IMG/VR virus record: IMGVR_UViG_3300033066_001278
Coordinates: 18,049-82,048 of that record
Direction: 5' to 3' (one strand)
DNA length: 64,000 bases
DNA from: a virus
Lineage: Duplodnaviria > Caudoviricetes
Under the pieces are notes generated by a model. The model was not told the DNA's origin. It made no database searches and saw only the letters and a list, made by a program, of their open reading frames with translations. Position numbers and translations under genes: made by a program. Numbering within the stretch: the first letter of the stretch is position 1; each line of letters begins with the position of its first letter. Of this stretch, positions 48,336 through 58,600 are shown one piece after another.

Positions 48336-51116
48336 TTATAGTAGGCCAATTGAAACTTTAATGTAAATATAATTTACAGGATATACTGGTTGTACTCTTG
48401 CAACTATATTCCATTGACGAGGATCTACATCATCACGTTTCACGATAATATCACGGAAGTCTGTGATAAGTTTTTGTGAAATGAATGAAGTAAATAGTGA
48501 GTTGGCTCTTCCTGATAATGCATTTTGTGTATTATCGTCTTCTGGTATACCAATAAATCCTTCAAATCCGGTACGTAAAGATTTAGCAATTCTATCACGA
48601 ATGAACACGATAGAGATTTCTTCTTCTTCAGCAAATCCTGAATTTGTAGTTGTACGTCCCCAGATAACTTTACCACCACCAGCAACTGGTTGTAATACTG
48701 TAGCTCCAGCAAATGCTAGATCTGATAAAGTGTTTGGTGCAAGTTTCTTTGTATTTGATATTGTAAATCCAGATAATACTTTATTTGTTAGTGGAACCGC
48801 AATATTTGGTTGTGCAGCGCACCAACCTGCGGCAGCGGCAGCAATATAGAAACCATCAATGGTTGCATTGCTTGTACCAACTTGAGTAATTATCTCATCT
48901 GGCCAGAAGTATACGCAGCGGAATGTATCTCCAAAATTATCAGAAATTTTGTAATTAGTAATATCTTCTGTATTACCTGCAAGAATTTCAGCAATTGAAT
49001 CTCCTTGAATTCCTTCTAAGATACCAACGTCTTCAACAGCAGCAGTTGAATTACCAATTAGATTATCTGGAGTTAATCCACTGATAGCACCAGTGAATAA
49101 TACACGTTCTTTTTTATTACGAATATTACTCATAACTCTACAGTGAGCTAAGGTGTTTTGGAAAACAGCTGAGAACATGTTATTTGGTAGTGGAACTACG
49201 ATATCACATTCAACAGTTTCTAAAGTTTCTAGAGCAGTAACCCAACCAGCATCATAGAATAGCGCATCTTTATCTGTTACTAATGTAACTCTTAAAGTAT
49301 TGTTATTTGGAACTATGTTATGATTTATAACAATAAAATTGCTATTTTCAGACGAATCAATTATTTCAAATTTGACATCTGATTCACTTAAGAATGTTTT
49401 AGCAATTGTAAGTTGATTTGGGCCTGAGCTATAGTTGGTAATACGATATTTACCTTTATTTACTCCAGCAGTAATCTCAAGTCTATAAGCATTATTGACA
49501 ATTGTTGGACTTGAAACTAAATTGAAGTTTATACCAGCTGATGTAAATGTTGCTGTAGCGGAACCACCAATTGCAGTTAGAACACCATCAGCTCCAGTTG
49601 TGCTGGCAACTACAGTTCCATCTAGAGTATTAATAACTCTAAAAGCTACTGAAGATCCATTGGTAAAATCAGCAAATGGAGGGCTTGCATTAGTTTCAAC
49701 TGTTAATGCACCACCAGATACTGCAGTAATATCAAATGTTCCAGCATTTATCGCATTTGTAGGATCTTCTATACGAATTTGTTTTCCAACATAATCACTT
49801 GTAAAAGTAATTGATGTACTTGAGAATGTGCAAGTATCTGATGCAGTTTGGCTAGCATTAATATAACCATCAATTTGATAGTTAATAACTGAAGCTTTTG
49901 AAACCACTGAATAACTATATGCATATCCAGAAGGTGGATTTGTATCGCTGAATATAAATTGTGAAGAGGTTGGATGACCAACTGTATCTATTGTATAGAA
50001 ATCATATTTATTTGGTACTAATTGAGTCTCTACGCCAGTAGTTGGATCAGTTACAAAGAAATGAATATCACTATTGATATCTGGCGTAATTCCAACAGGT
50101 AATGGCAGAATGAATTCATAACCATCTGTAGACGTGGCATTAATGTCAAACAAATCAAATGATTGTCTACGTGGTAATGGAGGTGGTACTTGAAGTGTGA
50201 TTACAGCTGGAGCTTGATTTGAGAAAGCTAATTGACAACCAAGAGATAGTGTATTATCAGCAGAAACAACGCCATGATTTAATTGGGCATCATTCATGTT
50301 GTTTATTGTAAGTGGTGAATTGATATCTGATTCTGCTATATAAGTAGCAGTTAGTGTATCACCTTGTTTTAATACACCACCATAAACTTTGACAGTGAAT
50401 GAATCACCTGGTCTAAATGGAGATGTTGATGAAGGATAACCAGTTTCACCAATTGAGAATGTTAAAATACCGTTAGTATTAAGTGTACTATTAGCCATCC
50501 AAAGAACTGGATTACCATAACCATCTAGAACATTTCCAGATACAGATCCAAAGGCTAAGAATTTAGCGGTTCCAGCAATTGGACTTCCACCAGAATCTTT
50601 GGCTACATCAATACATTTAATTGTCCAAGTTTCAGTTGGAGCATTTGTGCTTGATAATACAAGATTTGAAATAGTTCCTTGACCAACATTTGTTACACCA
50701 GCAGTATAGAATGATCCACCTAAATCAACTAATCTTGAAGTTTGTAGTTCAATTTTACCAGTATCTGGGTCAATTCTATAATCATATAGATTTGAAAATG
50801 AACCTGAAGTTATAGCGGCCTCTAAACCAGTTAATGGTATATTGTTTTTATAAAGAGTTGTTCTTCCTTGAATAATTGGAGCAAGAGAAAGCATAAAATG
50901 TCTTCCATCCGCACCAATAGTTGAAGAATATGATGAATTTAAACCATCAGCGCCATTTCCAAGAGCAGAAGCAACGATTGTTTCAGGACGTTCACCTAAA
51001 CCAATTATTGCAGGAACTCTAATTCCTTGAGGTACACTGGCACCCCTAGATAATGTTGAAATTTCTGTTACTACGCCTGGAAGTAAATTACCAGCTCCTG
51101 GAATGTTTGGACTCAT
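48336..51116 (-). CDS. Contractile tail sheath protein with insertion domains (926 aa)
   Basis: N-terminal LPGVVTE, C-terminal EEISIVFIRDRIAKSLR...FIG...VQPVYPVNYIYIKVSI. Confidence 0.9.
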   Translation of the reverse strand: MSPNIPGAGNLLPGVVTEISTLSRGASVPQGIRVPAIIGLGERPETIVASALGNGADGLNSSYSSTIGADGRHFMLSLAPIIQGRTTLYKNNIPLTGLEAAITSGSFSNLYDYRIDPDTGKIELQTSRLVDLGGSFYTAGVTNVGQGTISNLVLSSTNAPTETWTIKCIDVAKDSGGSPIAGTAKFLAFGSVSGNVLDGYGNPVLWMANSTLNTNGILTFSIGETGYPSSTSPFRPGDSFTVKVYGGVLKQGDTLTATYIAESDINSPLTINNMNDAQLNHGVVSADNTLSLGCQLAFSNQAPAVITLQVPPPLPRRQSFDLFDINATSTDGYEFILPLPVGITPDINSDIHFFVTDPTTGVETQLVPNKYDFYTIDTVGHPTSSQFIFSDTNPPSGYAYSYSVVSKASVINYQIDGYINASQTASDTCTFSSTSITFTSDYVGKQIRIEDPTNAINAGTFDITAVSGGALTVETNASPPFADFTNGSSVAFRVINTLDGTVVASTTGADGVLTAIGGSATATFTSAGINFNLVSSPTIVNNAYRLEITAGVNKGKYRITNYSSGPNQLTIAKTFLSESDVKFEIIDSSENSNFIVINHNIVPNNNTLRVTLVTDKDALFYDAGWVTALETLETVECDIVVPLPNNMFSAVFQNTLAHCRVMSNIRNKKERVLFTGAISGLTPDNLIGNSTAAVEDVGILEGIQGDSIAEILAGNTEDITNYKISDNFGDTFRCVYFWPDEIITQVGTSNATIDGFYIAAAAAGWCAAQPNIAVPLTNKVLSGFTISNTKKLAPNTLSDLAFAGATVLQPVAGGGKVIWGRTTTNSGFAEEEEISIVFIRDRIAKSLRTGFEGFIGIPEDDNTQNALSGRANSLFTSFISQKLITDFRDIIVKRDDVDPRQWNIVARVQPVYPVNYIYIKVSIGLL

Positions 51117-51128
51117 ATTAGTATTTTC

Positions 51129-52475
51129 CTATTTAGATATCTTTTTATTATATTTTTTGTGTCTTTTTCTTGCACAACCATCTAAAACATTTTGTTTAGC
51201 ATTTAGTGGCCTCAAATTATTTAAATTCCAAGCATTTTTAAAGTCATTATCATTAATATTATTATATATAAACTCACTATGTGGAACTATATGATCGATA
51301 TGCCATACCCAAGTAGATTTATCATTATCATTCCATAATTTTGGCTTATAAACTCCCCAATTGCCCCAATTCATCCATGGTTCAAATTGTTTTTCAATAT
51401 GCTCTTTTAACTCTTCAATTGTATAACCCAAAATAACTAATCCATTTTTTACATTATTAGTTGCATATTTTAAATTTTTTAAATAAACACGAATATCTCT
51501 GCTCCAAGCACTTTTAAAATCATTTTTTGGCAAATTTATACATTTACAACATGTTCTGCTATAATATATAAATTTTTTCTTTATTGAATATTTTCCTATA
51601 AATTTGTCTATAGATAAATAATTTTTACAAACATTACATATTTTGTTTTTAACTTTTGTTTTATCACAATATTGTTTAGAGTATTCTTTTCTATATTTTT
51701 GACTATTTAATTTTGATTCGTCTTTACACGAATTGCATAATTTATTTCTATAGCCATTTTTAGTTAATGAAAATTGATTATTTTTCTTTATATTTTTACA
51801 TTTATTACATATTTTATTATTTTGTTTAAAAATCTTATTTTTTGCAAATTCTTCAAACTTAGCTGCCTTAGATTCTTTATTGGCTATAGATAAGACATTT
51901 GAAATTTCATCTATTAACACATCATTTATATTCAAATTTTCTAATTTAACATTTCTTGATATAAAAATACCATATTTTTTAATATTTTTTGTTATAATTT
52001 TATTATATAATTCATAATAAGAAATATTTATTTTTTCACTCAGGTCTTTTCTTGACAATTTATTATTTTTTCTTTTATATAAAAATTTTAATAAATTATT
52101 ATATGGTTTTATAATTGATTTATTTGAAAAATTAATATCAGTATTCTTAAAAACATTTATATTTTCTATATTAAACAATGATTTAAAATCATTATCATTA
52201 AATGTGGAATATATAAAATTATATGGTTTATTTTTAAAATCTAAATTCCAATATCTAGATTTTCCAAAATTATTCCAAGAAAACTCATTATCATTTGTCA
52301 TAATAATATTTAATTTATTTAAAATATCATTATATGAAAAGTTCATTATTTCAAAAATATTTTTTGGTATTGTAATATTTAATTTTCTTAAACGCAAATC
52401 TTCTTTTAATAAATGCTTTAATCTTAAATTAATAAATGTTTTAATTTTAAAATTAATAGCCCATTTATCGCACAA
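51129..52475 (-). CDS. Free-standing HNH-type homing endonuclease with CxxC zinc fingers
   Basis: WHIDHIVP...WNLNNLRPLNAKQN; CNKC...CNSC and CNVC...CCKC; extremely A/T-rich; TTG start uncertain. Confidence 0.8.
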   Translation of the reverse strand: MCDKWAINFKIKTFINLRLKHLLKEDLRLRKLNITIPKNIFEIMNFSYNDILNKLNIIMTNDNEFSWNNFGKSRYWNLDFKNKPYNFIYSTFNDNDFKSLFNIENINVFKNTDINFSNKSIIKPYNNLLKFLYKRKNNKLSRKDLSEKINISYYELYNKIITKNIKKYGIFISRNVKLENLNINDVLIDEISNVLSIANKESKAAKFEEFAKNKIFKQNNKICNKCKNIKKNNQFSLTKNGYRNKLCNSCKDESKLNSQKYRKEYSKQYCDKTKVKNKICNVCKNYLSIDKFIGKYSIKKKFIYYSRTCCKCINLPKNDFKSAWSRDIRVYLKNLKYATNNVKNGLVILGYTIEELKEHIEKQFEPWMNWGNWGVYKPKLWNDNDKSTWVWHIDHIVPHSEFIYNNINDNDFKNAWNLNNLRPLNAKQNVLDGCARKRHKKYNKKISK

Positions 52476-52586
52476 TTTATTTTAGTTTCCTATTTTCTTA
52501 TAAGATAAGTTTTTATTAGCTTTTGTTAAACAAAAAGCAGAAAATATTATATTACGCTCTATACAGATAGCAAATATTTCCATACT

Positions 52587-53432
52587 TTACAGTCCCGAAT
52601 TAAAATTAAATTGAATATTTTCGGGATCATAAGGATAAACGGCATTTATAAATGATGTAATAACAGAATTTTGAGTGTAAATTGTCATATTTGGTGAAAT
52701 TGGATAATTTGGGTCATCTGTTCTACCAATTTCTATAGCAAAATTAATAACCTCCACTATATTACCTACAGGTATTTGTCTTCTCCACTCAGATCTTATT
52801 TCTAAATTAATAGATGCCTTATGTATTAGATCATTTCTGTCTGTATCTTGACTAATATTAGATGTAGACACATTCATAACTGCAATTCCACTCTTTATTA
52901 AAGAATCATGTGCAATATCTGAGAATAACATACCAACAAGCTCTGTAAGCTCATCTCTGGCTCTTTGACCTCTTGACATAATATCAATTTGTATAGTTCC
53001 AGACCAACTTCCAGCAAATAGGAAATATTTAGGGTATCTAAAATGTTTTACTTGATAACCATCAAGTTCTACAGCATAATAATCCCATTGAACATTTGAC
53101 CTTTCTCTATTAAAAGATATGGGTGTATATTTAGATCCAGTAAATCTTACAATTATAGCTGGATAAAAAGAAACGTCTGTGCTGAACGCTTCTCCAATGA
53201 ATAATCTGGTGGTTGAGCTGTCATTTGGTATTCCAGCGTCTATATTTAATCCTGTAACATCTACTCGTTCTGGAAATCCCCAATGATCTGGGACATAACG
53301 GTAATAATTATCGTCTTTAAAAAAATCTCTTAATGTTCTAACAATAACTTCTTTTGGATAAGAAATCATGCCATTTTGAACAATATGATGACTATTATAT
53401 AGTTCTGATCTGAAAAAATTGTTAGTGACCAT
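52587..53432 (-). CDS. Probable tail completion/neck protein
   Basis: 281 aa directly upstream of the sheath block; YPAIIV...G.I.IDI.S...RDEL.E resembles tail terminator proteins. Confidence 0.55.
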   Translation of the reverse strand: MVTNNFFRSELYNSHHIVQNGMISYPKEVIVRTLRDFFKDDNYYRYVPDHWGFPERVDVTGLNIDAGIPNDSSTTRLFIGEAFSTDVSFYPAIIVRFTGSKYTPISFNRERSNVQWDYYAVELDGYQVKHFRYPKYFLFAGSWSGTIQIDIMSRGQRARDELTELVGMLFSDIAHDSLIKSGIAVMNVSTSNISQDTDRNDLIHKASINLEIRSEWRRQIPVGNIVEVINFAIEIGRTDDPNYPISPNMTIYTQNSVITSFINAVYPYDPENIQFNFNSGL

Positions 53433-53438
53433 CTATAC

Positions 53439-53470
53439 TGAATAACTCCAAGTTAAAGCATTAGAGATTC
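53439..53470 (-). mobile_element. IS200/IS605-type right end (subterminal hairpin plus TTCA end); 3' part of the presumed omega-RNA scaffold
   Basis: Minus strand GGAAT-CTCTAA-TGCTTTAAC-TTGGAG-TTATTCA just after the tnpB stop, resembling the family GAATC..CTTTA..GGAG..TCA end. Confidence 0.6.
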
Positions 53471-53491
53471 CGAGGTTCAAAAAGTTTTTCT

Positions 53492-54514
53492 TCAAACATT
53501 TGATTGCCTCATAGGCGCTTCAGTATCACCATTACCACCGATCTTTTTCTCGGTAGCAGAGATCAGGTTCAATGACTTTGCGATATTAAAACTCGCATTG
53601 ACATCGGCATGACCAGTGTGATTGCAATTTGCACACTTAAATTTTTTACCATTACGTTTTCCAAGATGACCACATCTACTACAGTTCTGACTGGTGTAGG
53701 CTGGATCAATATATTGTACTGGAATACCTGCAAGTAGAGCTTTATAGGCGATCATAGTGCCTAATTGATAATAACTCCAAGAGTTCAAAGTATAACGAAA
53801 TGTTTTGTTGTTTTTCTTACTATTACGAATACCAGTTAGTTTTTCTAACTTAATACCACAGTTGTTATCTTTAGCAAACTGAACAATTTGTTTGCTAATC
53901 TTATGATTGACATCCTTTACTTTTCTGGTTTCTTTTCCTTTAGTTTCTTTCAACTTCTTATATAATTTCTGCTTCTGCAAACTACTTCTTAATGCCTTAT
54001 ACTTCTTATGTATATGTGGAGCTTGCTTACCAAGTTTAATAACTTTACCACTAATAGGTTCGGCAGCTACTGCACAATGAGAAGTAGCATTTAAATCAAC
54101 ACCAATGAATTTATTGGTATCTAATTGTTCTGCATTAGATTTACTAAATGCTACATACGCATAAGTTGCATCTAATTCTATTTGATATACTTTAATTATC
54201 TGATGCTTGCTTTCATTAGTTAGCGTTAGTTTTAATGGAACTATTCTAATTTGATTGCCATCAATTTTAACTGATTGATTTGGTGCTACTAACTTAATCT
54301 TTTTCTCATTAATTGACTTACATTTCTTATTCTTGCCATATTTACGAAGCACTTGATTGCTAATTGCAGATGGTAGTCCAATATGAGAAACATTAGTTGA
54401 AGAGAGTTTAGATCTATTTTTAATAGCATAATTGGCTACCAAAACAGCTTTTTTTAACTCTTCAGTTAGATCGGCATGATGTTTAATTTTAACTACTAGA
54501 ATGCCATCAGTCAT
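53492..54514 (-). mobile_element. tnpB: Solo TnpB RNA-guided endonuclease (IS200/IS605 family, 340 aa), no tnpA
   Basis: RuvC-I GVDLN, RuvC-II KLEKL, SWSYYQL, DPAYTSQNCSRCG...FKCANC zinc finger, RuvC-III HADVNASFNI. Confidence 0.92.
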
Positions 54515-54636
54515 TTTTTTAATCTTCTATATTAAAATACTTATTTATTGATTACCGCCACAAAAATTGTAAAGCTGACCAACAGATAATCCAAGAAAAC
54601 AGTAAGATGCTCGAAAATGCAAAAATTGATGGGGAG

Positions 54637-54665
54637 TTGACACGGAAAAATTGAGTGCCTATTAT
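54637..54665 (+). promoter_or_regulatory. Near-consensus sigma70 promoter
   Basis: TTGACA (54637-54642), 17-nt spacer, TATTAT (54660-54665), pointing into the only plus-strand genes. Confidence 0.8.
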
Positions 54666-54723
54666 ACACACGCGCGCGAGCGTGCGCGGTAGGAATGCGG
54701 TCTCCGAAAATAGAAAACACAAG

Positions 54724-55128
54724 ATGGAAGATATGGAACGAAATCTTAAAACAGTAGAAGATGAGATTATTCATTATTTTAATAATGATTTTTATGGAGA
54801 TTTGCCTGCTATTTTTGAACTTATTAATCATCCTTATAATTATAAAATTAAAATTACAGATTTAATTGATTATAAAATAAAAAAAGTAACTCATATCAAT
54901 GATGTTATTTCTAATCCAGTAATAATTGAATTAATATTAATTATTGATTCATATGATGTTCCATATAATCATTCATTTGGAGTTTATAATAATTATATGA
55001 TTGATAATTTTAAAATAAAAAATAAAAACGAGATAAGAATTTTTATACAAAATATAAAAGAATTTCCACAAGATAGCGTGTCTTTTGACAAAAATAAATT
55101 ACAAAAACTTCTCTTAACAATGAAATAA
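54724..55128 (+). CDS. Hypothetical protein with C-terminal QKLLLTMK tail (start moved to ATG 54724)
   Basis: The track GTG start at 54655 lies upstream of the -10 box and cannot be in the transcript. Confidence 0.7.
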   Translation: MEDMERNLKTVEDEIIHYFNNDFYGDLPAIFELINHPYNYKIKITDLIDYKIKKVTHINDVISNPVIIELILIIDSYDVPYNHSFGVYNNYMIDNFKIKNKNEIRIFIQNIKEFPQDSVSFDKNKLQKLLLTMK

Positions 55129-55138
55129 AGGAAAAACA

Positions 55139-55681
55139 ATGAAAAACTTAATTACAATTTGTGTATTTTTAACTCTAACTGCTTGTTCAGGTAGCGATTT
55201 TCAAGTTGCACCTCCGCCACCTGAAGATTCAGGAAATGAAGTGACAGAATCAGGAAGCGAAACTTCAAATGATTCAGATGTAAAAGATTCAGGAGTTAAA
55301 GATTCGGATGTTGCTGATTCTAATGATGTCAGTGATACACCTGTAGATACTAAAGAAATTGATGTATGTGGGAGCAAATATTCCTGTTCTAAACAAGATG
55401 ATTATGCTTGTTTAAACATGAAAGGCAATCCTGCATCAGCAATTTATGATGGGAATTGTGCTCCTATTGATAATTATTATTCAATTAAAAAAACTGAAAC
55501 TGTAAGTGCTGATCATTGCAGCAAAATTACATTTACAGCTGTTCATAAATGTGTATGTGATGATGGCTGTAATAAAATGGAACTATTCTTTTATATTGAT
55601 GATACTTCAAAAAATTTAAGCAAATCAAAGTGTGATGCTTATGCCTCAATGTGGGGCAAAGATAAATGTGTGTTTTTTTAA
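55139..55681 (+). CDS. Cys-rich lipoprotein
   Basis: AAGGA SD; signal peptide MKNLITICVFLT-LTAC (lipobox); PPPP and DS(G/D)VK low-complexity linker; 10 Cys in the C-terminal domain. Confidence 0.85.
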   Translation: MKNLITICVFLTLTACSGSDFQVAPPPPEDSGNEVTESGSETSNDSDVKDSGVKDSDVADSNDVSDTPVDTKEIDVCGSKYSCSKQDDYACLNMKGNPASAIYDGNCAPIDNYYSIKKTETVSADHCSKITFTAVHKCVCDDGCNKMELFFYIDDTSKNLSKSKCDAYASMWGKDKCVFF

Positions 55682-58600
55682 ACCCAGCGATATTTTATTC
55701 TTACTGGAGATACTAACCAACTAGCATTAGATCCTTTAAAACCTATAGTTAAATTAAAAATTATAGGTTGTTCAGTATCTGTATAATATTTATTTGATGA
55801 TGGTTTAACAAATAAATAATTAGTATTGTTGTAATAAGTAGCTATTGGTGTGCTTACATTTATTTGTGCAACATCATTTACTGAGCCATCGCTACCAGTA
55901 TTGGTTTTAACATCTAAAATACTTGATGTGCTTGGTGGAACTCCATATGGATTTGTGCCAATTGAATATGTTCCTAATCCAGATCTACCTTTACGTATTT
56001 CCATGTAAAATGTATTAAATCCACCAGTAGCATAATCACCATCAGTGCTACTTAATGCATTAAATCCCAAATAACCATCAAGGATTTGCACATTTTTAGG
56101 TAAAATATTACTTAAATTATAATATTTTCTTAAAGCCTTTTTAGTATCATCAGTGTCAAGTAATGTTACATAAGTTCCGCCAGGAGATGTTTGTCTAGCG
56201 ACTTCATACCCAGAACCTTTATACAATGTAGTTTCACCAGCTATTGATGAAGGATTATTTGCTAAATATCCATCAGATTCACCAATATCTAAAAATTGAA
56301 TCTTTGTTTGATTTATATTCTTTTCATATGTAAAGTTTTCTGGAATTTCTAAACAAACTTGTTCATTTGATCCGTCTGTTGTATATTGATCAAATAAATT
56401 GTTTACTATAGTTCCTTGAGGGCTTGTAGTAGTCCCATCAGGATGTGAGAATCTTATGTAAGCAAAGATGTCGCTTGATTGGCGATAAATAGAGTTTCCA
56501 GTTATTAATGTATAAACTCCACCAAATCTAATACCATGTGTTGTGCTTGAATTACTAATTAAACCAGTAATTTTGTTATTAATAACTTGTCCTGAGCTTA
56601 AGAATAGTATTCCACCAACACCATAAGTATAAGTGGTAACTCCACCAACACTTGTTTTAACCGTATTATATTCAAGTGAATTTTCACTTACGATAACATT
56701 TGAATTGCTACCTTTGCTGCTATTCAAATTAGCATAGATGTAAATACCATAATCTGCCGTTCCACCATAATTGGCTAGAACTGTAGTGTCATAAGCATTT
56801 AAGAAATTCTTGCTGACTTTAATTGATTCAAGTATTCCGCCTGAAGCAGAAATATGAATCCAATTGCAATGATTTCCTTCAATTAAAATATTACCTTGAG
56901 CATACTCTGAATTGGTATCAGCTAAGAATAATTGTCCTGTTGAATCACAATTATAAATGTAATGACAAGAATTATGTTTAATGGTTAAAGATGAATTCAT
57001 TTCATCATGTCCATAAACTAATCCAAGACTTCCAACGCCTCTAGACACAAAGTAAGCGATGGCACCACATTTGTTTCCAGAAATTTCTGTATCAATGCAG
57101 TTTAAACCTGGACTTTTTTCTTGTGATGCACTTGTAACAGAAGTTAATGCAATTATTTGTCTAGCATCACACCAGTTATCTTTAACTTTGAAATTAATTA
57201 GCGCTGGTCGATTATTATAAGTAGTAACACTTGGCGTTGTTGTATTAACAACGGCAACTGCTGATTTTAGATCTATAATTAATCCACCAGAAGTGGCACT
57301 ATTTATAAATTGATTATTTGAAATATCAACATTTTTAACAAATGCGCTTACTTCACTCAATTCTATATTTACAAATGGATTGCGTTGATAACCATCTGTT
57401 GATGGTGTGTATGTAAAGCTACAATCTCTAATATTAAAGTTACTTAATAGTCTAGAAGCTGTAACATTTGAATAAATCAAACCAGCACCACTTGAAATTA
57501 AGTTGCTACTTGGATTTGTTATATACTTATAAATAAATTTACAGTTTTTAAATGAAATATTGTTTGCATTATCAAGAGCTATACCAGTTTGTGTTACTGA
57601 AGCGGCTTCAAATACACAATTTTCAAAACTTACTGTATCGCTATCTTGAATAACAAAGAATAAATTACCATTTAGATTAAACTTAATGTTTTTAAATCTA
57701 ATATTACTTCCAATTGTTAAATTGGTGTCAACATTGATTTGAGTATAACCATCACCTTCAAATAAAACCTCTCTATTTGCATAAGAAAGATTTAAAGCTG
57801 AAGAAATAGAGTGTGTACCTCTAACTAAAATGATGTTATTATAATTTTGATTATATTTTAACCAATTATTTACAGTGGTAAAGTTTTTAAATCCACCACC
57901 AGCAAGAGAATCAGTTAAAGATTGTGAAACTTGAGTATCTAGATCATTACCAAACTTACGAACATCTCTTGTAGTAACTGTAATAGCTGTAGATAAGCCA
58001 GTTCCAGTAACATTTGATATTACTAAGTGTAATAGAGTCAAATCTTTTCTTAGATTTACTAATTCACTAAAAGTTGTTGATTCTAAATAATATGTTTGGC
58101 TGTTTTTTGGATTTAAAACAGTAAATATTCTAGATTCTACTGTTGGAACAGTTAAACTAGAGTCTGTATTTCTTAATGGAATTACTTGTAATTCGCTTTT
58201 GTTATTTATACAGATAGCCCAGATTATATTTGCATATTCAACACTTGAATATAGTTCTCTTACAATTGGAATATCAACATAGTTATTGTTTGCTGATATA
58301 AATTTACCATCAACAACAGCTAGACCGCCAGTTAATGAAATTTTGTTTGAAGAAGTAGATACATAATCAAAACCTCTCATTACAGAGTTTTGATGTAAAT
58401 ATTTTTCACCAGCATTAATAAAATCTAAAGCAGAAGTTGTTAAATTCTTTTCAGAAGTATTTCCAAAAGTTCTTTTATCTTGCGAGAACTTAAATTCTTT
58501 TGTAAAATCATTTAATTGACCTGAGCCAATGCGCATTTGCTGGCCCTCTGTGTCAATTGGTTTAAATACTTGTATATCTAAGTTTTTATTTGTGAATGAT

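Noticed and set aside
4207-50000. Numerous plus-strand ORFs of 60-163 aa (e.g. 12565, 16177, 18374, 33350, 35818, 37024, 40251, 45480, 48463, 49495) and short alternative-frame minus ORFs (35243, 41911, 48440, 48810, 49769)
   Set aside because: They lie wholly within long, motif-bearing genes, lack SD sites and look like antisense or off-frame shadows.
52515-52540. Imperfect hairpin GCTTTTGTT/AACAAAAAGC as a terminator
   Set aside because: A/T-only stem with a bulge, and it lies within the possible 5' part of the HNH frame; too weak to call.
53400-54700. CRISPR array or Cas12f system around tnpB
   Set aside because: No repeat-spacer array is visible in the flanks or elsewhere; an IS-type right end is present instead.
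54541-54831. 96-aa minus-strand ORF upstream of tnpB
   Set aside because: It overlaps the plus-strand promoter and gene, is low-complexity and does not resemble TnpA (no HUH or serine-recombinase motif).
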